This document shows, one piece after another, positions 46,954 to 56,589 of a DNA stretch of 64,000 nt. The notes under the pieces were generated by a model. The model saw only the letters and a list, made by a program, of their open reading frames with translations, ran no database searches and was not told the DNA's origin. The stretch is from an uncultured virus (IMG/VR IMGVR_UViG_3300034152_000554) (lineage: Duplodnaviria > Heunggongvirae > Uroviricota > Caudoviricetes). The first letter of the stretch is position 1; each line of letters opens with the position of its first letter. Position numbers and translations under genes: made by a program. The DNA lies in IMG/VR virus record IMGVR_UViG_3300034152_000554; one strand, written 5' to 3'.

Positions 46954-47823
46954 ATGGAGATCAATTTTATGGAAGACCATATTGACCATATTGAATACAA
47001 AGGGATTGAAGAGCCAGTTAAAGTCCAATACAAAAAGGTTCAGACAGTCTATTGCGTGTTCCAATGGGACTCGAACTATCAGCAGAGCAGCCTGCGAGGT
47101 TGCTATCTGACAAAGCAAGACGCTGAAACTGCAATCGAATCAGGTCTGCATCCTGAAACAAATGATCTGGATGAACCAGCTATCGTCCCAATGTCTGTTC
47201 TTGCCAGAGAAGAGGAAGAAATCGAAGAAGAAGCACAGCAGATGGGGGACTATTCCCCTGTCTTCCGGCATACATACACTAACGGAGGAGTCGGCTACTC
47301 ATGCAACCCCGACAACGGAGTGCGTGGGTTGAACGTCCTGGCTCATTCATCCGAGTGGGAAGACATCATTGCCGAGTGGATCCTCATGAACCAGAAGGGG
47401 ATCAACTTGCAAGGCGATCGCTTCCTCTTTGCAGACGGCAAATTCGTCGTCCATGTCCGGCCAGTCGGCGAATGGCAGCACCCTATGGATCTGCCGCAAG
47501 AGAGAACTAGAGTGGGCTACAGTCGCAATTGCGATCAACAGACCGAGTACGAAGATGGCGAAGTATATGAAGCTGTCTACAGTTCCGACACGGATTACTT
47601 CGTGTTGCCGGATGGTAGCGCAGAGGTTGTCCACACCCGTTCGAGCTGGGACGACGAGAACGATGTCGAAATAATTACGACAACTCACCCCCCTGGGTGT
47701 TGGGAGTTCTACCCCAATGGGGGCGGCAGCTATGGGGGTAAAGCCATCGTGGAGAAATGCAGCCCCGATCAGATTGAAAACTATTTAGTTCTTACAGAGG
47801 AGAAAATCAATGGCGATGATTGA
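46954..47823 (+). CDS. Acidic hypothetical protein
   Basis: 289 aa (start may be 46969); degenerate half element at 46904-46923. Confidence 0.7.
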   Translation: MEINFMEDHIDHIEYKGIEEPVKVQYKKVQTVYCVFQWDSNYQQSSLRGCYLTKQDAETAIESGLHPETNDLDEPAIVPMSVLAREEEEIEEEAQQMGDYSPVFRHTYTNGGVGYSCNPDNGVRGLNVLAHSSEWEDIIAEWILMNQKGINLQGDRFLFADGKFVVHVRPVGEWQHPMDLPQERTRVGYSRNCDQQTEYEDGEVYEAVYSSDTDYFVLPDGSAEVVHTRSSWDDENDVEIITTTHPPGCWEFYPNGGGSYGGKAIVEKCSPDQIENYLVLTEEKINGDD

Positions 47824-48145
47824 TATCGGCAACGGTTCCTACAAGGGGATCGTTTATAAAGTTACTTATTCGACTTCAATCAAAAGGTTCTGGGCAAATG
47901 CGTACTGCCTCAATAGTGCCATTGGCAGTTGCGATTGCATTACCGAAACCGAAGCTGTCAACGAGCTTATGAATCAAATTGATGAGATGATAGACAGCCC
48001 TATCACAACATGGGATGAACTGGCGAATGCCATCAGCGATTCTATCTATATCGAACACAATGACAAGATCGATATCGATCCCAAGGTGATCGAGATACTC
48101 GTCACCAACTTCATGAACAATAGTGATAGTAACGGAGATAAATAG
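47810..48145 (+). CDS. Hypothetical protein, paralogue of 45601-46044
   Basis: GAGGAG RBS; shared motif pattern. Confidence 0.7.
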   Translation: MAMIDIGNGSYKGIVYKVTYSTSIKRFWANAYCLNSAIGSCDCITETEAVNELMNQIDEMIDSPITTWDELANAISDSIYIEHNDKIDIDPKVIEILVTNFMNNSDSNGDK

Positions 48146-48147
48146 TT

Positions 48148-48972
48148 ATGCCACTAGGAACAGCCACGCTTTTTGGGTACGCCTTCAGTTTCAGTCAGAA
48201 GGCTGCTGGATATGGGAGCTTCTTTCTTTCCCGTCCAGCCACGACTGATTACGAAAGAGGCGACAACGAAAGCCAGTGGGTCTATGTGACCTGCCGGTAT
48301 CCCAAAGATCAACCAATCGACCCTGATGATCTGGTTGATAACACACCAGTTGTCGTCACCGGACAACTTGATTTGATCAAGTTCGGTGATAGTCACGATG
48401 AGCAGCCGCACATCACCAATGCATCAGTGTTTTTGCTGGACAGTAGCCCGGTATCAGTCGGCTACCGCTCAACGTTAAACATCGTGAGTGGAGCCTGCCG
48501 TGCCTACAACATGGAATACAAAGCCACGGCAAACTCGGAGCTTGTCAACTTCCGAGTCCAGTTTAAGAAGGGCAGGGACGATGTTATCTACCTCAACGCA
48601 GTTGCGTGGGGTAAAACCGCTGAGATTATCAACAAATATGTAGGCCACGGACACTTCATCTCAATTGATGAGGCTGTCTTGAAGTTCAACACCTTTGTTG
48701 ATAAGTATAATCAGCGACGAGTCAAGCCAGAGCTAACCATAACTAGCCTGTCTCTGCTGCCCAACAACAAGGAGGAAGGAAATGGATCTGGCAATCATGA
48801 TTCTGGAGATGGAGCAGATAACAATCTGCCTGTTCCTCCTAGTCTTTCTGGCAAGCGCAATCAAGCGCCTTCGGTAGAGCAGTCAGAACCTAACCGGATG
48901 AAGGTTCCAAAAGCGCCAACAATGGCAAGCAATGGTCACAACAGTGATGAGTTTGACGATATTCCCTTCTAA
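48148..48972 (+). CDS. ssb: Single-stranded DNA-binding protein with two OB folds
   Basis: WVYVTC...VVVTGQL and NAVAWGKTAEIINKY...; C-terminal DDIPF. Confidence 0.85.
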   Translation: MPLGTATLFGYAFSFSQKAAGYGSFFLSRPATTDYERGDNESQWVYVTCRYPKDQPIDPDDLVDNTPVVVTGQLDLIKFGDSHDEQPHITNASVFLLDSSPVSVGYRSTLNIVSGACRAYNMEYKATANSELVNFRVQFKKGRDDVIYLNAVAWGKTAEIINKYVGHGHFISIDEAVLKFNTFVDKYNQRRVKPELTITSLSLLPNNKEEGNGSGNHDSGDGADNNLPVPPSLSGKRNQAPSVEQSEPNRMKVPKAPTMASNGHNSDEFDDIPF

Positions 48973-49005
48973 CGGTATTCAAACAATGCCAAGCTAACTA
49001 TAAAG

Positions 49006-49049
49006 ATGTCAGGATGGTAATAGCTATCATCCTGACATTTATTTTTTTT
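49006..49049 (+). terminator. Intrinsic terminator after ssb
   Basis: atgtcaggatg/catcctgacat stem followed by a T-run. Confidence 0.8.
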
Positions 49050-49072
49050 ACAAAGGACTAGAGGATTAAGGT

Positions 49073-52000
49073 ATGAGAATCCGTAGAACACTGGCCGATT
49101 TTCAGAACGCATTCAGGCCGGATTCAAGTGGAATTACTGGAGCAGTTCGACCAACTGCGCCAGTCGTGCAGAGTGATAGCCCCAGTCCGGTAGCAAATCC
49201 AGCGAGAGGATGGCGCTTACCAGCATCGTATGAGCGTAGCTCTAGTCCGACCTATCGACCTGTCGTGTCGCTGCGGGGCGGCAGCATGTCAACTCCAGAA
49301 GGGGTGACGCAGGGAATCCCAGTCATGCAGCAGGCACGACTGGCAGATCCTCGCAATGTCGGTATTGTTACCGGCTACCGAGACTTGGCTCGAAGCAATG
49401 ACTTTGCAGGTCGTTTGTCCAACTACGACCAGAGCATTGCAGCACAGCAAGGACAATTATCCAGAGCAGTCAAGCCTAGCGACGTTAGGCGATACACTGA
49501 GAACATTGCCAACATCCGTCGCCGCAGAGAACGGCAAATCAAAGCCGATGCCAATTCGATGCTGGCATCAAAGTCGTTTGAGGGGATCAATCCTCAATCT
49601 GGATTTGGTGTGATGGTACGTCGGTTCGATCAGGATGGCAATGTTATTGTCGGTGCTGATGGTCAGCCGGTATTCGATCTGATCACGCAAACCAGCAGCC
49701 CAACCCAATTGGCTGAAGGACTTAACCTGCAAGTCATTCAGGACAAGGGCGTTAAAGATGCTGGACTGACTCTTTTGCAATTGCCTTCACCGCCACAAGA
49801 TGTAAAGGCAAACATTCGAGCGTTCATTGCCCGCAACGAACCTGGTGCATTGGAGCGGGTATATCAGAAGTCGCGCAGCAACGATCCAGTTGAGCGTGAA
49901 GATGCTCAACGCACCCTTGATAAGCTGCTGACATCAGCAGAAATCATTGAAGCTCCCGATGGGAGTATCAGCACGATGGCAGTTAACGATCGCTGGAACA
50001 GGCTCAATACCAATGAAGCCCTGGCAGCAGCGTTACTGCGTCCTAAGAAGGAAGGATCGGGTTTATTTACCCGTGCTGATTTGATGCTGTCTAGACAACA
50101 GCAAGACCAACGCTTTGCTGATGGTATTCAAACACTGACCCCTGACGTGGCAGCACAGTATCAGTATGTTGAGCCGCTGGAGTCTGTGACTGAAGCCTAC
50201 TCTCGCAACATTGGCTCAGGGGATATTGCATACCGACCTGATGCTCGGCTCGATGCCACGACTGGAATCTTCCCTGATATTGAAGGCCAGAATGACTACC
50301 GGGAAAGCTTACGGGCATACGGAATGCAGCCCGTTGATCGGATCGTTTCAATTACTCCGATCGAAGTTAAACGGGCGGCGGATCTGTTTGACCCGATCTA
50401 TACCGAACGGCTAAAGATTACGAAGAATCTACCTGAAGAAGAGAGGACTTATCTTCGAGACATCAATAACCAGGATGTCTACGAAGAACTGGCTGAACAG
50501 CTTTACACTAGTGGCTATGCTGAAACACCACAAGAAGCATACCGAGTTATGGATGTGATGCGGGAATACCGCAATGCAGTTCCCTGGGAGAACCGGGTAG
50601 AGCCAGGGTTAGAGTATGACGGCAAGAAGCTGGTCAAGGTCTATCCGACTGCTGGTGAATACGCAGCAGCAATGCGACCTTACTATCCAGCAGGGTTTAA
50701 CCCACCATCAAGGGGTCTGGATACTACTGGATTTGCTGAACAGCAACGAAACCTGGAGCGGATTGGCTTTGAGGTTTTCTCAGGCCAGCAGGAAATCGGC
50801 ACTGATCCTGACTCAATTGCATTTCGGGTTAGCAGTGAGCAAGATTTTAATAGGCAGCGTCCAGAGCTAACTGAGTCTGGCTACGAGCAGACAATTAACT
50901 ACGACTCAGGACTTCCGGCTGAGTTTGCCAGTCCAGCCAGGTTATCACTACCTGCAAGCCTCAATCCAGCTAATCGACCTGCACCCCTCAGCCCAGCACA
51001 GGCGGATCTGGTATCGAGCCTGCCTGCTATCCGGCAAGGAATCAAAACAGCAGAGCTTGAAGGCAACTTGCCAGAAGCCGCACGACTAAGAAGGATGCGG
51101 GATGAGGCGATTGCTCTTGAAGCAAGTACCGCAGGCTACGATCGCACTGAACCAGTTGATGTTGATCCGGCATTTATTGGTTTACAAATGCACCGGGGCG
51201 GGTTTAACTATGTGCCTGATGCAGCGGCGGGATATGCTGCGATCAGGGGCATGGATAGCGGCTTTATTCCAGGGCATCTCTCAGCCAGCGGTCAACCTGA
51301 AGCCCGGATGGCAGTCAGAACAGCGCCACCAGCAGGCAATATCGATCCTGATAGTCCAGCCTATCTGATGGGGTACGGTGAATATGATCAGCGACGGCTG
51401 GCTGAGAATCGAGCAATGCCATCTGAGTCCGTTCGTGAAGTCTACCCACTAGCTGATGACAGAACTCTTGGATTCAATCGCCTAATCCTGGGATCGTCAC
51501 CGGGCGAGAATGATTACCCAATCCGCAGGCAGGTTGGAGCAATCAATCCATTCCAGGTGCAGAACCTAACACCGAGTGGTTATACCGGCCAGTCTCTATT
51601 GTTTAGCCGAAACATGGAGACGCCTGTTGGCCGTTACAATCCTCGCAACTACATGGCTAACCCTGAATTTGGAATGGTTGATGGCACACTGGCCCGTGAG
51701 ATGTCAGTTGTACCAACGATGCCCAGAGGAGATGGATACATTGCTCCAATCAATTTCTTACGACAAGCTACTGACGCTCACAATCCAGCAATTGAACGGC
51801 TGCGTACCAGGATTGCCGAAGCTGAGCAGGCTGGCGAAATGACACGGGTAGAAAACCTGGAAAACCTGCTTGGCGGTGAAGTCCAGGAGCTTGAAAAGAA
51901 ACTTGACTACGCATTGAGAGCGATGGGTACAAACCCAGAGCAAATCGGCAATGCGTCTGATATCAACCGGATCGTTGCCAGTCGTGCAATTGTTGATCGC

Positions 52001-53461
52001 ATGGGTGGGCAAGCCAATGTTGAAGCACGGATACAGCAGTTAGGTCAACTGTTACAAGATCCCAGCTTGCCAGTAACCCAGCGAGGATTCCTGGAACGAG
52101 AACTGGATCAGCTAAGTCAGGTTGGATTCTACAGCGATGCTGATGTGCAATCAGCCTATCGACGACGGGATGAGTTAAACCGAATCCCAGTGACTCCATC
52201 AACCATCCCAGCCCGTGATGATGCGGCTTTGCGGGAAGCCTATAATGCAGCATTTGAAGCAAGGAAGCGACAGGCTGCTGCTGATTTTGTAATTGGGGAT
52301 GTCCTGCGGGATCGAGGGACAATCAGAGATGCCATTATCCGAGAGGGTGCTGACCCACTTGATGCACAGGCAATCATGCGGCTTGATCCATCTGAAGCAG
52401 CACTGCCTGAAATATCTGAACTGACTCTTGCAGATCGGCAACGACAAGATGCAATCGACACTGCAATCAGAGCAGAACGGATGATGCCAGAGCGAGATGC
52501 ACTGCTGGCAGAGTACAGCCGTACTGAAGCAGCATTGGGCAGGATTCAGGCGGCACTGGAAAACCCGGCACTACCAGGCGATCTCAACAGCCTTGCAACA
52601 TTGCAGGCAACTGAGAGCCGACTGAATGAGCGGCTGGAAGAGATTGGCGAAGTCCTTAAAGACGGCCAGCTTGGTCAAATCAATGTCACACCCTATCGAC
52701 AACTGGCTGAAGAACTTGAACTGACTGGAGAAACCGGCATTGATCGGGATGCTTCTCTGACTGATGAAGCCATTACTCGTAGCGCACTTGGTCAGGGTAA
52801 GTTTTTTGTCCGACCAGAAGATGATCGGACAATACTGCCTGAAGAGTTGCCAACACGAGATTCGATGCGTGACTTGCGTTTGGATGGTGCAACTAACCAG
52901 ACTGTCAGGCTGATCGATGAGATTTATAAGTTGTCCAGCTTGACTGACTACGATGTTGCCGAAACAATTAGCAATGAACTAAGCCTGGATAATCGTCATC
53001 CGTTTACCGGCGATCTTGAAGGGATGCTTAACCGGGCTTACCTGACTGGTGATCCGGCTCAACTGCTGCGCTTAAAAGAAACAATTGAGCGTAGCCGTGC
53101 CTATCGAGACACTATGAATACCATTCGTAACCGGGTGCAGGATTCAGCAGTTAACCAGTCAAGAGCTGCACTGACTCAACAGGGATCAGTTCTTGAATCT
53201 CAAGCTCAACAACAACGCATTGCCAATGAAGCAAAGATTATTGCTTTGGCTAACAGTCTAAAGATGAATCCTGCTGTTGTTCGCAGGTTAGTCAATTCAG
53301 GGCAGATCCAACTGGACAATCCAGGCAATGTCAGCTATCAACCCCCGAGCGGAGTTGACCCAATTGCCGGTCAGCTATCACAGCCACCAGCAATGTATCG
53401 AACCGCACCTCAGCTTGACTACTTTAGTGAGGGCGTGCCCGTGTATCGCCCTGCATTTTAA
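49073..53461 (+). CDS. Very large hypothetical protein (1462 aa), possible internal virion protein
   Basis: Long ORF, GAGG RBS, R/Q/P/A-rich like the ejection proteins; no domain recognised. Confidence 0.75.
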   Translation: MRIRRTLADFQNAFRPDSSGITGAVRPTAPVVQSDSPSPVANPARGWRLPASYERSSSPTYRPVVSLRGGSMSTPEGVTQGIPVMQQARLADPRNVGIVTGYRDLARSNDFAGRLSNYDQSIAAQQGQLSRAVKPSDVRRYTENIANIRRRRERQIKADANSMLASKSFEGINPQSGFGVMVRRFDQDGNVIVGADGQPVFDLITQTSSPTQLAEGLNLQVIQDKGVKDAGLTLLQLPSPPQDVKANIRAFIARNEPGALERVYQKSRSNDPVEREDAQRTLDKLLTSAEIIEAPDGSISTMAVNDRWNRLNTNEALAAALLRPKKEGSGLFTRADLMLSRQQQDQRFADGIQTLTPDVAAQYQYVEPLESVTEAYSRNIGSGDIAYRPDARLDATTGIFPDIEGQNDYRESLRAYGMQPVDRIVSITPIEVKRAADLFDPIYTERLKITKNLPEEERTYLRDINNQDVYEELAEQLYTSGYAETPQEAYRVMDVMREYRNAVPWENRVEPGLEYDGKKLVKVYPTAGEYAAAMRPYYPAGFNPPSRGLDTTGFAEQQRNLERIGFEVFSGQQEIGTDPDSIAFRVSSEQDFNRQRPELTESGYEQTINYDSGLPAEFASPARLSLPASLNPANRPAPLSPAQADLVSSLPAIRQGIKTAELEGNLPEAARLRRMRDEAIALEASTAGYDRTEPVDVDPAFIGLQMHRGGFNYVPDAAAGYAAIRGMDSGFIPGHLSASGQPEARMAVRTAPPAGNIDPDSPAYLMGYGEYDQRRLAENRAMPSESVREVYPLADDRTLGFNRLILGSSPGENDYPIRRQVGAINPFQVQNLTPSGYTGQSLLFSRNMETPVGRYNPRNYMANPEFGMVDGTLAREMSVVPTMPRGDGYIAPINFLRQATDAHNPAIERLRTRIAEAEQAGEMTRVENLENLLGGEVQELEKKLDYALRAMGTNPEQIGNASDINRIVASRAIVDRMGGQANVEARIQQLGQLLQDPSLPVTQRGFLERELDQLSQVGFYSDADVQSAYRRRDELNRIPVTPSTIPARDDAALREAYNAAFEARKRQAAADFVIGDVLRDRGTIRDAIIREGADPLDAQAIMRLDPSEAALPEISELTLADRQRQDAIDTAIRAERMMPERDALLAEYSRTEAALGRIQAALENPALPGDLNSLATLQATESRLNERLEEIGEVLKDGQLGQINVTPYRQLAEELELTGETGIDRDASLTDEAITRSALGQGKFFVRPEDDRTILPEELPTRDSMRDLRLDGATNQTVRLIDEIYKLSSLTDYDVAETISNELSLDNRHPFTGDLEGMLNRAYLTGDPAQLLRLKETIERSRAYRDTMNTIRNRVQDSAVNQSRAALTQQGSVLESQAQQQRIANEAKIIALANSLKMNPAVVRRLVNSGQIQLDNPGNVSYQPPSGVDPIAGQLSQPPAMYRTAPQLDYFSEGVPVYRPAF

Positions 53462-53479
53462 TTAATAGGAGAAGGCTAT

Positions 53480-55204
53480 ATGCTTCGGATTGCATCAGTT
53501 GGGATTAACCCACGACAGTTGTTATACACAGATCGGTTGCCTGCTTATAGTCCAGAGCAGCACCAGCGATTGAAAGGGTTGGCATCGGTTGTGTTGCGAA
53601 GCAAGCGCCAGCAGGGTGACATTGATTCAATCATTACTGGCCTGCAACCTGGCTATTCTCTGGCTATGGCTGAAGCAGCAACCGAATCAGGCATTCCTCT
53701 GGTCGTGGCAACACCAGGGCGAATTGAGGAATTTGCTCGGCGGTTTAATGACCGCACTCGTGGACACATGCTTGACCTGCTTGGGCGGGCTAACGTCCGA
53801 GATGTATATGAAATCCTGCCTGATGAAGATGCCGATATCATTACGACTTACGGACGTGATATCGGTGCAATTTTGGCTGAGGGGAACCAGCGAGGACTGG
53901 TATCTGCACTAATGCAGGATGAAAGGCCAATCATTCAGGCGATCAGGGCAACCGCTCCTAATGCAGAGATTGACTACTCTCCCTGGAGTGCCTGGGAAAA
54001 ACACGCACTGAGGGGTGTTGAACCAGTACAGCAACAGCCAGCACGACAACAGCCAGTAACCAGGGCAGTACGACAGGATAGTGAGCGATGGGAGAATCCT
54101 CCTGGCAACCAGAACTGGCAAAGAGAATGGTTTTCTAATATGCACCCATTCAGCCAGCCGGTTATCCATGAAGGAGTGACTTACACTCACCCTGAGATTA
54201 TGTATCATGCCCTGAAGAGTAGCAGTTCTGATGAACGGGCACGGCTGGCTGCATTTACAAATCCATTTGAAGCCAAGAAACAGTATCGCAACATTATTAC
54301 AATGCCGGAAGGGTTTGACACCAGGGAGGCGATGCTGCAAACAACCAGGATCAGAGCGCAGCAAGATCCAGCATTTAGAGACAGGCTGCTATCAACTGGC
54401 GATCAACCTTTGGTGGAATGGAATCGTCATGGCGATCAATACTGGGGCGCTGATGCCCAAACAGGAGTAGGCCAAAACAATCTTGGCAAGATTATGATGC
54501 AGGTCAGAAATGAATTGCGTCAACAACAGCCAGCCCCACCTGTACCCCAAGCTGGAGCAGAGCCTCGAATCGCTCAGGTTACAGCGAATTTGGCACTTCC
54601 AAATCAGCAACCAATTGCAGCAGTCAGGAGTGAACCAGAACCTCGAATTGCTAACGTTGGATCAACTCCTGATATTGGCGAATCATTATATAGAACTTTT
54701 GACAGGCAAATGGCAAATGATTATTATGGCGAGCCTGTAGAGATCCAGACATTCACAGATGATAGAGGCAGGCCATCGATCTACGCTGCTATTCACGATG
54801 TAGGATCTCTGCCCAGAGGCGACATCAATATCGTCCAATCGAGGGAAGGGGGACTTATATCAAATGCTACGAGCTATGAAGAGTTGAGGGATCTTGGATA
54901 CGGACGATACGACCTGGTTGCAATTGATGAGTACGGAGATCAGGATATTGTTCATCTGTATCGAGAGCCTGAACGGTTCCGTCAATTGAGAACCAATAAC
55001 GCTCATGCCGAAGCCCTCATTGACATGCTGAACGAAGATGGCAAGCTGCTCAGGGCATATCATGATCCTGACTTTGAAAGAAAGCTCTCAGTATTAGAGC
55101 AGCAGATGGACGAGGTTGATCGCCAGTGGCAAGCTGGCATTTTACGAAACCCACTAGAGGTTGAGTATCAGCCTGTCTATGAAAACTTTGTACGTGGCTA
55201 TTAG
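53480..55204 (+). CDS. SLOG(YspA-like)-NADAR fusion protein
   Basis: N-terminal IITGLQPG...AEAATESGIPLVVA; NADAR WFSNM...PEIMYHALK...RLLSTGDQPLVE...DQYWG...GQNNLGKIMMQVR. Confidence 0.85.
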   Translation: MLRIASVGINPRQLLYTDRLPAYSPEQHQRLKGLASVVLRSKRQQGDIDSIITGLQPGYSLAMAEAATESGIPLVVATPGRIEEFARRFNDRTRGHMLDLLGRANVRDVYEILPDEDADIITTYGRDIGAILAEGNQRGLVSALMQDERPIIQAIRATAPNAEIDYSPWSAWEKHALRGVEPVQQQPARQQPVTRAVRQDSERWENPPGNQNWQREWFSNMHPFSQPVIHEGVTYTHPEIMYHALKSSSSDERARLAAFTNPFEAKKQYRNIITMPEGFDTREAMLQTTRIRAQQDPAFRDRLLSTGDQPLVEWNRHGDQYWGADAQTGVGQNNLGKIMMQVRNELRQQQPAPPVPQAGAEPRIAQVTANLALPNQQPIAAVRSEPEPRIANVGSTPDIGESLYRTFDRQMANDYYGEPVEIQTFTDDRGRPSIYAAIHDVGSLPRGDINIVQSREGGLISNATSYEELRDLGYGRYDLVAIDEYGDQDIVHLYREPERFRQLRTNNAHAEALIDMLNEDGKLLRAYHDPDFERKLSVLEQQMDEVDRQWQAGILRNPLEVEYQPVYENFVRGY

Positions 55205-55218
55205 TAGCTGGAGATTGT

Positions 55219-55467
55219 ATGAGCAGAAGTTTAAGATCGGAACTGGGGCTAGTCCCCAGGACTCCGACCAAAGAAGAGATGGACAAGCGCATTGATGCTT
55301 ATGCGCTACGACCGCAGGAACCATTAGAAAACCTGGTTGACTTCTTAAAGTCAGTGGAGGCCCATGAAACTAACGCCGAACAATTCAACAGCATTAGCCC
55401 TATTGATATCAGCAGGGCTTTGCGAGTTATCGAGACATTCAGTGATAGATTTAGCAGGAGTAGTTGA
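55219..55467 (+). CDS. Hypothetical protein
   Basis: GGAG RBS. Confidence 0.6.
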   Translation: MSRSLRSELGLVPRTPTKEEMDKRIDAYALRPQEPLENLVDFLKSVEAHETNAEQFNSISPIDISRALRVIETFSDRFSRSS

Positions 55468-55471
55468 CGAT

Positions 55472-55747
55472 ATGATGAAAGTTGTAAATGTTATTGCAGG
55501 CTTCTTTACGATCTTTGCGTTTGTTGTTTTGACCTGGGAAGGATTGCACCAGGCATCTGAAGCTGAACGGCTGCAACGTGAACTGGAAGACTGCCAACAA
55601 CACGAAGCCCCTGCCCTACCAGGACAGGAGCAACCAGTTGAAGCGGAACCGAAAGAGGATAAGGAAAGGAAAATTTCCGACACTGATCCAGGCAAGCCCG
55701 TGAATGTTTACGAACTTGATGTGTTGCTTAATCGCAGCCAGAAATGA
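55472..55747 (+). CDS. Hypothetical membrane-anchored protein
   Basis: AGGAG RBS; N-terminal TM helix. Confidence 0.6.
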   Translation: MMKVVNVIAGFFTIFAFVVLTWEGLHQASEAERLQRELEDCQQHEAPALPGQEQPVEAEPKEDKERKISDTDPGKPVNVYELDVLLNRSQK

Positions 55748-56235
55748 AGTGCTGATAGTCTTCGGTATCCCAATGAGGATCAAGCATGATCTGTCGAAGA
55801 TTTTGATATCTCCGATTTGCACGCTCAAGCGCTTCAGCCAACCGCTGAATTTCAGCGGCCATAGCCTTGGGGTTACGCCTATCGCAAGTAGCAGTTGCCA
55901 TTTTCTCTCTCCTTATTAACCTCCTGAAAATCAATGATACTAATTATCAATTACATCCTATATAGCACATATAATGGCAAAATGACAAAGTGGCGACCAG
56001 ATAAAAACAAACCTTACCGAGGCAAGTCAGACCCAGATAAAGGAGAGCCTGGGTTTAAGTACACCTATGTCGAATATCGCAATCCCAAAACGCCCTGGAG
56101 AACTGATCTGATCAGGGCGTTTTTGGGTAAAGCTGATTCGTTTATTCTCTGGCGACGCTTATTAGTTTGCAGGCTGAAGATGATAGCTCAGTCTATTATG
56201 ACTAAGCTATTCAAATGGCTTGTAAAACCAAAACG

Positions 56236-56589
56236 TCAATAGCCTTTCCAGCGATCTTTCCGTTGCTTGGTAGACTTGGCAACGCTGCTATCGCCAAGTA
56301 GTGCTTTTGCAGCAAGGCAATTTCCACCAGTGCAATCACCAAATGAAATTGATTTGCCTCGCAAAAAGCTAACCATTACCCATCGAGGTTTATTGTCTGA
56401 GCATTCACAACAATAAAGTGAATAGCTCGAATCAGGGACATCAAGGTAGCCTTTAATTTTCAGCACAGTCCAGCCATTGTCTTTAACATCAGCGATCGCG
56501 TCATTGATAAACCCGACGTATTCATCAACACGATTACTGATCATCCAGTTGAGATTATTAAGAGCAGGACAACTGCCACTATCTGCCAT
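56236..56589 (-). CDS. Hypothetical Cys-containing protein
   Basis: ATG overlaps the end of the transglycosylase gene. Confidence 0.55.
   Translation of the reverse strand: MADSGSCPALNNLNWMISNRVDEYVGFINDAIADVKDNGWTVLKIKGYLDVPDSSYSLYCCECSDNKPRWVMVSFLRGKSISFGDCTGGNCLAAKALLGDSSVAKSTKQRKDRWKGY

Noticed and set aside
52878..52900. LDGATN in the 1462-aa protein as N4 virion RNA polymerase motif A
   Set aside because: No motif B or C follows, and too little sequence remains downstream for a polymerase domain.
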